Notes under the pieces: generated by a model
The model's input: the letters and a program-made list of their open reading frames with translations, nothing else
Database searches by the model: none
Told to the model about the DNA's origin: nothing
In this document: in pieces, positions 47,917-56,568 of the stretch
Numbering within the stretch: position 1 is the stretch's first letter
Layout: every line of letters begins with the position of its first letter
From: a bacterium
GTDB taxonomy: Bacteria > Patescibacteriota > Saccharimonadia > CAILAD01 > BJGX01
Assembly (NCBI GenBank): GCA_029778565.1
Contig: JAKOQC010000249.1
Location: 45,611-109,610, forward strand
DNA: 64,000 bases
Direction of reading: 5' to 3'
Program-made: the position numbers and the translations under genes

Positions 47917-47982
47917 GATATAATTTAGAGTATGAATCCCGTTAGAAAAACTTTCGGGATAGAAAGGGTATTCTAACGGGAT
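47917..47982 (+). promoter_or_regulatory. trpS promoter (extended -10 TGaTATAAT) and leader hairpin occluding the SD and AUG
   Basis: TGATATAAT at 47917-47925. 12-bp inverted repeat ATCCCGTTAGAA (47936-47947)/TTCTAACGGGAT (47971-47982) with inner CTTTC/GAAAG stem. The GAAAGGG SD and the AT of the ATG start lie inside the stem. Confidence 0.4.
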
Positions 47983-48964
47983 GAAAACAGTATTTTCAGG
48001 ACTAAAACCAAGTGGTGATATGACAATCGGCAACTATCTTGGAGCAATGAAAAACTGGCCTTATCAGCAGGGTCTAGCTAGAACAATCTTCTTTGTACCC
48101 AATGCACATGCTATAACTGTTCGCCAAGACCCTACAGAACTAAAAAAACGAACATATGATTTAGTAGCTTGGTTGATTACTGTTGGTTTAGATCCAAAGA
48201 AATCGATAATTCTTGTTCAGTCTAAAGTACCAGCTCATGCCGAGTTGTGTTGGATTCTCGATAACTACGTTACAATGGGCGAGCTCAGTAGAATGACCGA
48301 ATATAAAGATAAGTCACAAAAACTTGGCCCCGAAGGACAGTTAGTCGGCCTGTTTAACTACCCAGTATTAATGGCAGCAGATATTTTGCTTTACGATGCC
48401 AATGAAGTACCTGTAGGAGAAGATCAGAGACAGCATCTAGAGCTGGCACGTACGATTGCTGAGAGATTTAACCGTCTTTATGGTAATACCTTTGTTTTAC
48501 CCAAGGCAACAATTCCCAAAACTGGCGCTCGCATAATGGGTCTTGATGATCCTACTAAGAAAATGAGTAAGAGCGATCATCCTGATAGCTTTATTATGCT
48601 TGCCGAAACAGCTGATAGTATACGTAAGAAAATTAAACGGGCTGTTACTGATTCAGACAATAGAATAATTTATGACAAAAAGGGTAAACCAGCAGTTTCT
48701 AATTTAATAGAGATATATGCAGGCTTTAGCGATGAAACAATCTCTGTTATCGAAAAGCGGTTTGTAGGTAAAGGCTATGGCGAGTTCAAGGCAGAGCTAG
48801 CAGAGCTAGTGGTAGAGAAGTTATCTCAATTACAGGCCGAGTTTTATAAAATTCGCGATAATGAGGCAATGTTAGACAAAGTAATAGACTCGGGAAGTGC
48901 TAAAGCTGCCGAAATTGCGAACGAAAAGCTACGTGAAGTTAAAGAAAAAATTGGTTTATTGTAA
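47981..48964 (+). CDS. trpS: tryptophanyl-tRNA synthetase
   Basis: SGLKPSGDMTIGNYLGA (TIGN form of HIGH), KMSKS at TKKMSKSD. Length typical of bacterial TrpRS. Confidence 0.9.
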   Translation: MKTVFSGLKPSGDMTIGNYLGAMKNWPYQQGLARTIFFVPNAHAITVRQDPTELKKRTYDLVAWLITVGLDPKKSIILVQSKVPAHAELCWILDNYVTMGELSRMTEYKDKSQKLGPEGQLVGLFNYPVLMAADILLYDANEVPVGEDQRQHLELARTIAERFNRLYGNTFVLPKATIPKTGARIMGLDDPTKKMSKSDHPDSFIMLAETADSIRKKIKRAVTDSDNRIIYDKKGKPAVSNLIEIYAGFSDETISVIEKRFVGKGYGEFKAELAELVVEKLSQLQAEFYKIRDNEAMLDKVIDSGSAKAAEIANEKLREVKEKIGLL

Positions 48965-49017
48965 AATATACCACGTACTCTAACAGGTATAGATGTAATA
49001 AATACGTTAAAAAGCAT

Positions 49018-49596
49018 TGACATTAGCATAAGCGTTTGCTACAATAGTCTTAACATTGTTCTTTCAAATAAAAATAAAAACCAACACAAAAACCATGCCA
49101 CAAATTCTTTACGCATTCTATGACGATACTTGATCTCTATAAAAGTATCTCTATTTAAACCAATTTCAACCTAATACGGTAGGGGAAGTCTGGCTCATAA
49201 AAGGCAGCCCCCTTGCTTTTTATAGCCAGTTTTTCCCTACTGTTCGAGGGGCAAACTAAGATAGTAATTTCTGCTGTTCTGTTAAGTTATTTGTACCTTG
49301 TCTATCTTCACCCGAAGGAGTCGGCTAGGACTTGCTCTCTAATTCTTTGGAGCGCGAATCCTGGCCGGTCTGCCATACGGATGGTTGGGAAGTCGTCAAC
49401 CGTGTATTTCAGTAATTGATGCATATATGCGCCTTGACAGCTTACAACGGCTACTTTCGGTTCTGCTGAGAGTTGGCCTTCGGGCCAGCGTGTGCCATTT
49501 AGTTAATTCTATTAAGGGCAGATACGTTGGCCCGTAACCAAATTTTGTTGAAAAGTAACCACTTTACTGCCAGTAGGGTGGTTTTTTATTTGTTTT
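49018..49596 (+). ncRNA. candidate ~540-nt noncoding transcript of unknown identity (consensus promoter to intrinsic terminator, no ORF over 68 aa)
   Basis: TTGACA-17 nt-TACAAT at 49018-49046. Terminator CCACUUUACU-GCCA-AGUAGGGUGG + U6 at about 49562-49596. Internal long imperfect hairpin 49181-49253 (GUAGGGGAAG...CUUUUUAUAGCCAGUUUUUCCCUAC) and a GGCC-UUCG-GGCC tetraloop hairpin at 49473-49484. Confidence 0.25.
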
Positions 49597-49640
49597 CGTG
49601 ATAGTATACCTTAGTAAATTGTACCTGGAGGTAAGTCAGT

Positions 49641-49985
49641 ATGCCTACAAAGCTTACACATGGTGCTTATACAAGAGATAGTAAGTATGAGGTTGTGCAG
49701 CATCGCTATGCTGCTTCTGGGTTTGCTGCTTATGTAGAGTGCTTAGAGGTAGTAAACCCACCTGATGGTATGCCTAGGTATATTATTCACTGGTATTACA
49801 TAAAGGATGCGGTTTTCTCAGGGGATCATAGCTGGTATTTCTCTTCATTAAGTGCAGCTCAAAAAGCTTGGGATAAGTTTTGGAGACAATCTCAAAGTGA
49901 ACCTAAGGAACGGTTTAAAAATCAAGAAGGATTTATTTATTATGAATACAATAGCAGCGATTCTCCATGGTATTACGTAAAGTAA
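49641..49985 (+). CDS. hypothetical Trp/Tyr-rich protein
   Basis: ORF with GGAGG RBS. No family. Confidence 0.3.
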   Translation: MPTKLTHGAYTRDSKYEVVQHRYAASGFAAYVECLEVVNPPDGMPRYIIHWYYIKDAVFSGDHSWYFSSLSAAQKAWDKFWRQSQSEPKERFKNQEGFIYYEYNSSDSPWYYVK

Positions 49986-50319
49986 CCCTAACCCTGTGTT
50001 AGGGTATTTTTTATTGTTATTAATTTTTGACATAATAATAGGCAACTTATGCACAATATCCACAAGCCGAGCTAAAAGTGTTCGGTTTTTTACAAATTAC
50101 ATAATTATTTAATTTAGCTCGCTCAAGCATTACACAAATTGAACTGCAAAATAGAATTTACAAAATATTACAACACTAGTCTTAAGAATAAAATAAGTAT
50201 TCATTAGCATTTTCTAGTATCACAAAATAAAAAATGTATGCAATATTGAATAGATTATTTGATCAAATAGCATAATTTGATGGAAATGCTCTAAACCAGT
50301 ACAATAGAAGGTACAAATT

Positions 50320-50718
50320 ATGCTTTCACAACGTTCTGTCATACTACTTTCTATATTTGGGCTCGTTTTTTCATTTATTATCTCTACTCTAGGGGTGGTA
50401 TATGCCTTATTTACGTATACGCCTGCTAAATTGGGTCCAGCGGGTATTACTTTTTGGTTTATTGGCATACTAATAAGTGTAGGAAGTGTTATAGCTTTGC
50501 TTGGTTTCTTGTGGAAGTTACGTCACGAAGAACATCGTTTGACCGCTGCAAAGGCACTTACTAGCTCTTTGCGTACAGGTTTCTTGGTGGGTTTTACGGT
50601 ATCGATTTTATTGGCTCTCTCGAGTTTGAGAAGCCTAAGTATTCGTGATATTATCTTATTTATTCTTGTAGTAGTGGTAATAGAAATCTATTTTCGTACC
50701 AGAAAGAAAAGAGTATGA
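50320..50718 (+). CDS. hypothetical membrane protein (3-4 TM)
   Basis: Hydrophobic ORF overlapping the pheS start by 4 nt. Confidence 0.3.
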   Translation: MLSQRSVILLSIFGLVFSFIISTLGVVYALFTYTPAKLGPAGITFWFIGILISVGSVIALLGFLWKLRHEEHRLTAAKALTSSLRTGFLVGFTVSILLALSSLRSLSIRDIILFILVVVVIEIYFRTRKKRV

Positions 50719-51701
50719 CCTCACAGAACGACATAATTAAGGCCCTAGAGGCTGATTTAGTGCAAGCGAGCAACGAGCATGCAATTGCGCAAGTTAAATC
50801 TAAATATCTTGGTAATAATAGTTTTATTTCTGAGCAACTTCGCTTGTTGCCAGGCTTAGCCCCAGAAGAAAAAGCCCAAAAGGGTAAAGAGCTGAATATT
50901 CTCAAAAACCAGATAGAACATGCAATTACCGAGGCACGCGAGCAGTTATTGTCATCACAGCAATTTCCAATAAAAGACATATCTCTGCCAGGGCAGAGAT
51001 TTAAGCAGCCCTATGGGCATATGCATCCTGCGAGTAGGGTGTTACAAGAAACCTATAAGATATTTTCAGATTTAGGCTTTGCGGTGGTAGATAGCGGCGA
51101 GATAGAGACTGATTGGTATAACTTTGAGGCTCTTAATATGCCCGAAACTCACCCGGCGCGTGAAATGCAAGACACATTTTATATAAAAAACAATGGCAAG
51201 TTAGATGTTTTGCCCCGTACGCACACGTCTGGAATGCAAGTACGGTTTATGGAGGCAAATAAACCGCCATTTAAAATTATTGTACCTGGCAGGGTGTTTC
51301 GGAATGAAGACGAAGACGTTACTCATATTTGGGCTTTTCATCAGATAGAAGGCCTGGTTGTGGGCGAGGGGGTATCGATGGCACAGCTAAAGGGAACATT
51401 GCTACATGTTGTGCAGGGAATTCTAGGGCCAGAGGCTGACATTCGTTTTCGGCCTAGCTACTTTCCGTACACCGAGCCATCTGTAGAGCTCGATTGTCGT
51501 TATAAGGGTCAGTGGTTAGAGTTGGGTGGAGCAGGAATGATTAACCCTGTAGTACTGCAAAATGGTGGTATAGACCCCGAAAAATATACTGGTTTTGCCT
51601 TTGGTTGGGGTGCTGAGCGAATCGCTGCTATTAAATATGGGCTCGATGATTTACGCGAGCTGTGGCGACCACGCTTTGAATTTTTGGAGCAATTTGTATG
51701 A
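50715..51701 (+). CDS. pheS: phenylalanyl-tRNA synthetase alpha subunit
   Basis: Class II motifs: HPARDMQDTFY-like (HPAREMQDTFYI), FRNEDEDVTHIWAFHQIEG, RFRPSYFPYTEPSVELD, GWGAERIA. Confidence 0.9.
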   Translation: MTSQNDIIKALEADLVQASNEHAIAQVKSKYLGNNSFISEQLRLLPGLAPEEKAQKGKELNILKNQIEHAITEAREQLLSSQQFPIKDISLPGQRFKQPYGHMHPASRVLQETYKIFSDLGFAVVDSGEIETDWYNFEALNMPETHPAREMQDTFYIKNNGKLDVLPRTHTSGMQVRFMEANKPPFKIIVPGRVFRNEDEDVTHIWAFHQIEGLVVGEGVSMAQLKGTLLHVVQGILGPEADIRFRPSYFPYTEPSVELDCRYKGQWLELGGAGMINPVVLQNGGIDPEKYTGFAFGWGAERIAAIKYGLDDLRELWRPRFEFLEQFV

Positions 51702-54481
51702 AAGTAAGTATACAATGGCTTAATAGCTATCTAAAAGAAAGACTTTCGACTAACGAAATAGTAGCCGCACTAGAACGCACCGAAGTTGAGATAGAAGAAG
51801 TTATTACACCACCAAAGCTAGATAAAAAAGTTATTACTGCCAAAGTGGTTAATGTAATAGACCATCCAAATGCTGATAAACTTAGGCTCGTTGATATTGA
51901 GTTTGGTAAAACAAAACGCCGGGTTGTATGTGGCGCGCCAAATGTTCGAAAAGGTTTGGTAGTGGCATATGCTCAGCCAGGCAGTGTGTTGCCAGAGGAT
52001 TTTGTTATTGGTGAGAGAGAAATTCGTGGTGAGAAATCGGCCGGCATGTTGGCCTCGGCGAAAGAGCTTGGCATGGGTAATGATCATAGTGGTATAGTAG
52101 AGCTCGACCCTGATCTCCCCCTTGGAATATCATTGTGCGACATAGAGAATATGGCCGATATTGTGGATGTTAAGACGCCAGCAAACCGATGGGATTTATT
52201 GTCGGTTTTGGGTTTGGCGCGCGAAATTTCTGCTAATTCTTCTAAAAATCAGGTTGTAGAACCAAAACGTGAGAAAATAGAATATAAAAACAGAGAAGTG
52301 GTGAAAGTCAAGGAAACTGGGGAGTGTGAACGATTTATTAGTGCGGTATTTAAAATTGATAGCAATGCAGAGACACCGGCTTGGATTGTGGAAAACTTAG
52401 AGGCGGCGGGGATGCGAGCTATACACCCCGTTGTAGATATTACTAACTTTGTCATGTTAGAGACTGGACAGCCTAGCCATGCGTATGACAGTAAAAAACT
52501 CAAGGGTGCTTTGCAAGTGCGTTTTGCCCGGGCCGGTGAACTCCTCTCTACTTTGGACGGGGTTGAAAGAAAACTGACAAAAGAAGATTTAGTTATTGCT
52601 GATAATTCCGGCGCAATTGGATTGGCGGGTGTAATGGGTGGAGCAAGTAGCGAAGTAAGCACTCAAACTCAAGAAATTGTACTAGAAGTTGCTAATTTTA
52701 ACAAAACCACTGTTCGTAGAAGTGCACTGCGCCATGGTTTGCGTTCTGAGGCGAGTACTCGATTTGAAAAAGGGCTACCTCTCCCTCTTCCCTGTTTCGC
52801 TTTTGAGCGAGCTGCGCAGTTACTTAAAGAAATTTGTAAGGCCGAACTTATTGGAGACGTAAATGATCAATTATATGCTTGGCCGTGGATTTCGTTTGTT
52901 GGTTTGCGTCAACGTCGCGCAGAAATGGTACTGGGTACAAAGCTGAATGAAAAAGAAATAATTGAAGGGTTGCGTGCGCGTGGGTTTAGTGCAGAACACT
53001 TTTCTCTTTCTGCCGAGGCTAAAAAACATCTTGGCAAGCCATATGTATATGGTGCTAGCTTTAAGAAAAACGGCGAAGAAGCTTTTGACTGTTCATATTT
53101 AGTAGAGAGAATATATTCAAAAATTGGGATTGCAATTGGCCATACTGCTCAGCAACAATTTAACTCTGGAAAGCCTGTCGAAAAAGATAATCTCAAACCT
53201 GGAGATTTAGTGTTTTATTCGGGTCATTGGGAAAAATTAGACGCCAAAAGCCGTGGCGATATTGGACATGTGGGGATGTATTTGGGTAAAAACCAAGTTA
53301 TTGAGGCAAGTGAATACGAGTTTGACACCAAAATTGGCAAGTATATAAAACGCAAAACTGCCGACGTACGCTATACTACGCTTGATAGTTATACGAGCAA
53401 TCCTACTTTTAAAGGTGCGCGACGGTATACTGAGAGCTTTAATCATATTATTGCTGTTGTTGCTCCCTGGTGGCGTACTGATATTGTAAAAGAAGTTGAT
53501 TTAATTGAAGAAGCCGCCAAAATATTGGGGTATGAAAATATGCCGAGCAAGTTGCCCGAATTACCGCCTATGGAAACGGCAGATCATCAAATGTTACCTG
53601 GATTAATGGGTATGCGCGAAGATTTAGTAGCTGCAGGATTATTTGAAGTAACTACGTATTCATTTGTTAGCGAGCAAGACTTGCTTGATACTCATATTGA
53701 TCCCACGAGTGTGTTGGCAATAGAAAACCCAATGAGCAAAGAACAGGCCTATTTACGTAACTCGCTTTTAAGTAGTCACCTACAGACAGTAGCTCGTAAT
53801 AATACATTCTATGAAAAAGAATATGGTTTTTTTGAGCTTGCTCGAATATACGAAAAATCTCCCCGCTCTAAAACATTAGCCCAAGAGAGCTGGCGACTAG
53901 CGATCTGTGCAGTTGGTAAAAACGGTCTCGAAAGGATAAAAAGTGTGCTCGATATGTGTGAAAGTCGCTACCAACTAAGGTTGGCGTACAAGCGCAGTGA
54001 AGAAGCCAATTTCTTACCCGGCCGAACAGCCACCCTACAGAGCCAGAGAATACCTGAAGTTAGGGGATTATATGGACAGGTTAAACCTATTTGTCTAAAA
54101 AAATTCTCAATTAGTGATGAGATAGTGTTTGCCGAAATTATATTGCCTGATCAGTCTATTTTTGCAGAAAGCACCCAAAAATCGGTGTCCCTTCTCCCCT
54201 ATCAGCTTGTTAGCCGCGACCTTACGCTCGAGTTACCCAATGAAGTTCTTTGGCAAAACATTGCATTGATTGTAAAATCGCAGAAACGTATATCTCGGGT
54301 GCAATTTCTACAGGAATTTGCCAGTGAAGAATTAACAAAAACAAATAAGAAACGGGTGAGTATGCGAATTTGGATTGATTGCGGGGCTAATCCTAGCCAA
54401 AAAGAGATAACAAAATATATGAGTGCTATAGAAAGTACCTTACTTGCTGACAAAACGCTAAAGCAAGTCAAAATAGTCTGA
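51698..54481 (+). CDS. pheT: phenylalanyl-tRNA synthetase beta subunit carrying a ~148-aa NlpC/P60 Cys-His hydrolase domain inserted in the B5 region
   Basis: B1, tRNA-binding (KVVNVIDHPNADKLRLVDIEFG) and B3/B4 editing domains, then B5...LGTKLNEKEIIEGLRARGF. Insert residues ~436-583 (GKPYVYGASFKKNGEEAFDCSYLVERIY...LKPGDLVFYSG...IGHVGMYLGKNQVIEAS). Then canonical B5/B6 resumes (IIAVVAPWWRTDIVKEVDLIEEAAKILGYENMP) through to the C-terminal anticodon-binding domain. Confidence 0.85.
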   Translation: MKVSIQWLNSYLKERLSTNEIVAALERTEVEIEEVITPPKLDKKVITAKVVNVIDHPNADKLRLVDIEFGKTKRRVVCGAPNVRKGLVVAYAQPGSVLPEDFVIGEREIRGEKSAGMLASAKELGMGNDHSGIVELDPDLPLGISLCDIENMADIVDVKTPANRWDLLSVLGLAREISANSSKNQVVEPKREKIEYKNREVVKVKETGECERFISAVFKIDSNAETPAWIVENLEAAGMRAIHPVVDITNFVMLETGQPSHAYDSKKLKGALQVRFARAGELLSTLDGVERKLTKEDLVIADNSGAIGLAGVMGGASSEVSTQTQEIVLEVANFNKTTVRRSALRHGLRSEASTRFEKGLPLPLPCFAFERAAQLLKEICKAELIGDVNDQLYAWPWISFVGLRQRRAEMVLGTKLNEKEIIEGLRARGFSAEHFSLSAEAKKHLGKPYVYGASFKKNGEEAFDCSYLVERIYSKIGIAIGHTAQQQFNSGKPVEKDNLKPGDLVFYSGHWEKLDAKSRGDIGHVGMYLGKNQVIEASEYEFDTKIGKYIKRKTADVRYTTLDSYTSNPTFKGARRYTESFNHIIAVVAPWWRTDIVKEVDLIEEAAKILGYENMPSKLPELPPMETADHQMLPGLMGMREDLVAAGLFEVTTYSFVSEQDLLDTHIDPTSVLAIENPMSKEQAYLRNSLLSSHLQTVARNNTFYEKEYGFFELARIYEKSPRSKTLAQESWRLAICAVGKNGLERIKSVLDMCESRYQLRLAYKRSEEANFLPGRTATLQSQRIPEVRGLYGQVKPICLKKFSISDEIVFAEIILPDQSIFAESTQKSVSLLPYQLVSRDLTLELPNEVLWQNIALIVKSQKRISRVQFLQEFASEELTKTNKKRVSMRIWIDCGANPSQKEITKYMSAIESTLLADKTLKQVKIV

Positions 54482-54536
54482 CTTTTTCTTAGAATAAGAG
54501 GTATAATAGGAGAAATATTAACATCAATAGATAATT

Positions 54537-56039
54537 ATGCCAAAATCGCCAAAACCCGATAGTCAACCATATGCTCACCGCTTTGCACTACCAAAGTCGC
54601 TAAGTAAATCTGGGCAAAAACCAAGTATGCTGGCTCGAATGCAGTTTGTGGTTCTTGGTGCACTTTTGGCTTTTTTGTGTATTAACGGAGCTGTAGCCGC
54701 TGCGCTAACTGGCAGAATTTATCCTGGCGTATCTGTAGCCGGACACGATTTAAGCTTTAAAACTCGCGCCGAGGCGATGCAGACTTTACGGCAAATCCAA
54801 ACCAAGCGAAATTTTACCCTCAAAGTAGGTGATAAAGTATTTACTACTACTGATGCCGAGCTGGGATCGAATTACGATCTCATAACTACAGCCAATACTG
54901 CCTATAGTGTCGGCAAAAATGCAGCCTTGCCAGTTTTTGGTATCTTTACCAGTGAGCGAAATGGACAACTTGGTCTTGCATACAATTTAGATTTGGTAAA
55001 ACTAAAGGCTTTCACTTCTTCTGTGGTACAGTCGGTTGGCCACGATCCTATTAATGCCACATTGGTAATAAATGAAGGGGTAATAACTGATCAGCCCGAC
55101 CAAGATGGACTACGTATAGATCAAAAAGCACTTAATCAAATAATTCAGTCGGCACTTAGTGATGGCCAAGATGAAAATATTACCTTGCGACCAGAAGTGC
55201 AAAAAGCCGATATCCAAGTGGCCGATTTAGCACCGGCGCGAGCGAGCGCCGAAACTCTGTTGAGTAAACAAATAATACTATCCTATAATGGTAAAAATTT
55301 TGTGGCCGATAAAAACGCTATTGGTCATATGATAGTTTTTGAAGCTCAAGATGGAGCTGATGGTAAAAAACACTTGGTAGCCAAAATATCTCCAGAACAA
55401 GTTGCTGGCTATGTACAATCGGTTGCTAATCAAATAAACATTGCACCCAAAAACAAGATAATAACGGTAGCCAATGGCACTAGTTCGGTTACACAAGAAG
55501 GCGTAGATGGTTTGGCAGTTAATCAAGATCCGGCAATTAATGCAATTGTAGCCGGGCTCAATGCCAATCAGGATGTTAGTTTTAGTCTAACAGCTTCTCC
55601 AGTAGCGTTTAAGACGCAGACCAATGCTTTTGGTGGAATTGGTGGATTGGACTATCCGCAGTACATTGAGGTTTCTCTGCGCCAACAGCATTTGTGGGCT
55701 TGGCAAGATGGTCAAGTAATCTTTAATGCCCCAATTACCAGTGGTGCTACTGGTGCAGGTTTTGGAACAGTAACAGGGACCTTTGCGATTTATGCCAAAG
55801 AACGCAGTCGATATCTTAATGGTGCACAATATGGTTATAACTATAATGTTTTTGTTGATTACTGGATGCCATTTTATAACGGTTACGGATTGCATGATGC
55901 CGACAGGTGGCGCTCAAGCTATGGTGGCCAGGACTATTATTATGGTGGCAGCCATGGGTGCGTAAATATGTCAGGTAGTTCAGCGGCATTTTTATATGGT
56001 TGGGCACCGATTGGTACACCTGTTTGGGTGCATAGTTAA
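54537..56039 (+). CDS. L,D-transpeptidase (YkuD domain) with N-terminal membrane anchor
   Basis: C-terminal ...FYNGYGLHDADRW...GGSHGCVNMSGSSAAFLY has the YkuD catalytic His and SHGC(V/I)(N/R)M Cys motif. N-terminal TM LARMQFVVLGALLAFLCINGAV. Confidence 0.65.
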   Translation: MPKSPKPDSQPYAHRFALPKSLSKSGQKPSMLARMQFVVLGALLAFLCINGAVAAALTGRIYPGVSVAGHDLSFKTRAEAMQTLRQIQTKRNFTLKVGDKVFTTTDAELGSNYDLITTANTAYSVGKNAALPVFGIFTSERNGQLGLAYNLDLVKLKAFTSSVVQSVGHDPINATLVINEGVITDQPDQDGLRIDQKALNQIIQSALSDGQDENITLRPEVQKADIQVADLAPARASAETLLSKQIILSYNGKNFVADKNAIGHMIVFEAQDGADGKKHLVAKISPEQVAGYVQSVANQINIAPKNKIITVANGTSSVTQEGVDGLAVNQDPAINAIVAGLNANQDVSFSLTASPVAFKTQTNAFGGIGGLDYPQYIEVSLRQQHLWAWQDGQVIFNAPITSGATGAGFGTVTGTFAIYAKERSRYLNGAQYGYNYNVFVDYWMPFYNGYGLHDADRWRSSYGGQDYYYGGSHGCVNMSGSSAAFLYGWAPIGTPVWVHS

Positions 56040-56082
56040 GACAATATAGTCTCATATAAACATAACTGGTATAATAGGGTGT

Positions 56083-56541
56083 ATGGATCCCCAACAATCT
56101 CCTCCTAACCCAAATACTGTTCCTGCACCACAGCCAACAATCGAACAGATTGCTGCACAAAAAGGTGCTGCACCAAACCTACAACCATCCGCAGAGGCTA
56201 ATAATCCTGGGGTAGAAATTCAAAGCGGACAAGCAGAACTTGCACCTACGCCGAGTGTGGGCGCACCAGTTGCTAACACCCCATCAGCCGCAGTAGTAAG
56301 TACAAATACTCCTCCCCCGGCGCAAGTTGTGCATACTGGTAGTGTGCAAGGTCGTGCGCTACAAGCTCAAGACTTGGCAAATCTTTCAGCAAGTGATGAC
56401 GACCTAATAGAAAAAGAATGGGTAGATACTGTTGATAATGTGATTGAAAAAGATGAGGATGATCCCCTAACTGAGGATGTTGATCACAATACCGTGAGCC
56501 GAGCATATCAAAAGCAGCGATTTAATCTGGATGTCTCATAA
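56083..56541 (+). CDS. hypothetical Pro/Ala/Gln-rich acidic protein
   Basis: Low-complexity ORF directly upstream of the coupling-protein-like ATPase. Confidence 0.25.
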   Translation: MDPQQSPPNPNTVPAPQPTIEQIAAQKGAAPNLQPSAEANNPGVEIQSGQAELAPTPSVGAPVANTPSAAVVSTNTPPPAQVVHTGSVQGRALQAQDLANLSASDDDLIEKEWVDTVDNVIEKDEDDPLTEDVDHNTVSRAYQKQRFNLDVS

Positions 56542-56568
56542 ATTAAGAAATAACACCACCAGATATAT

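Noticed and set aside
49213-49419. 68-aa ORF in the ORF-free island
   Set aside because: No RBS, hydrophobic low-complexity translation, overlaps the long hairpin. The region is more likely noncoding.
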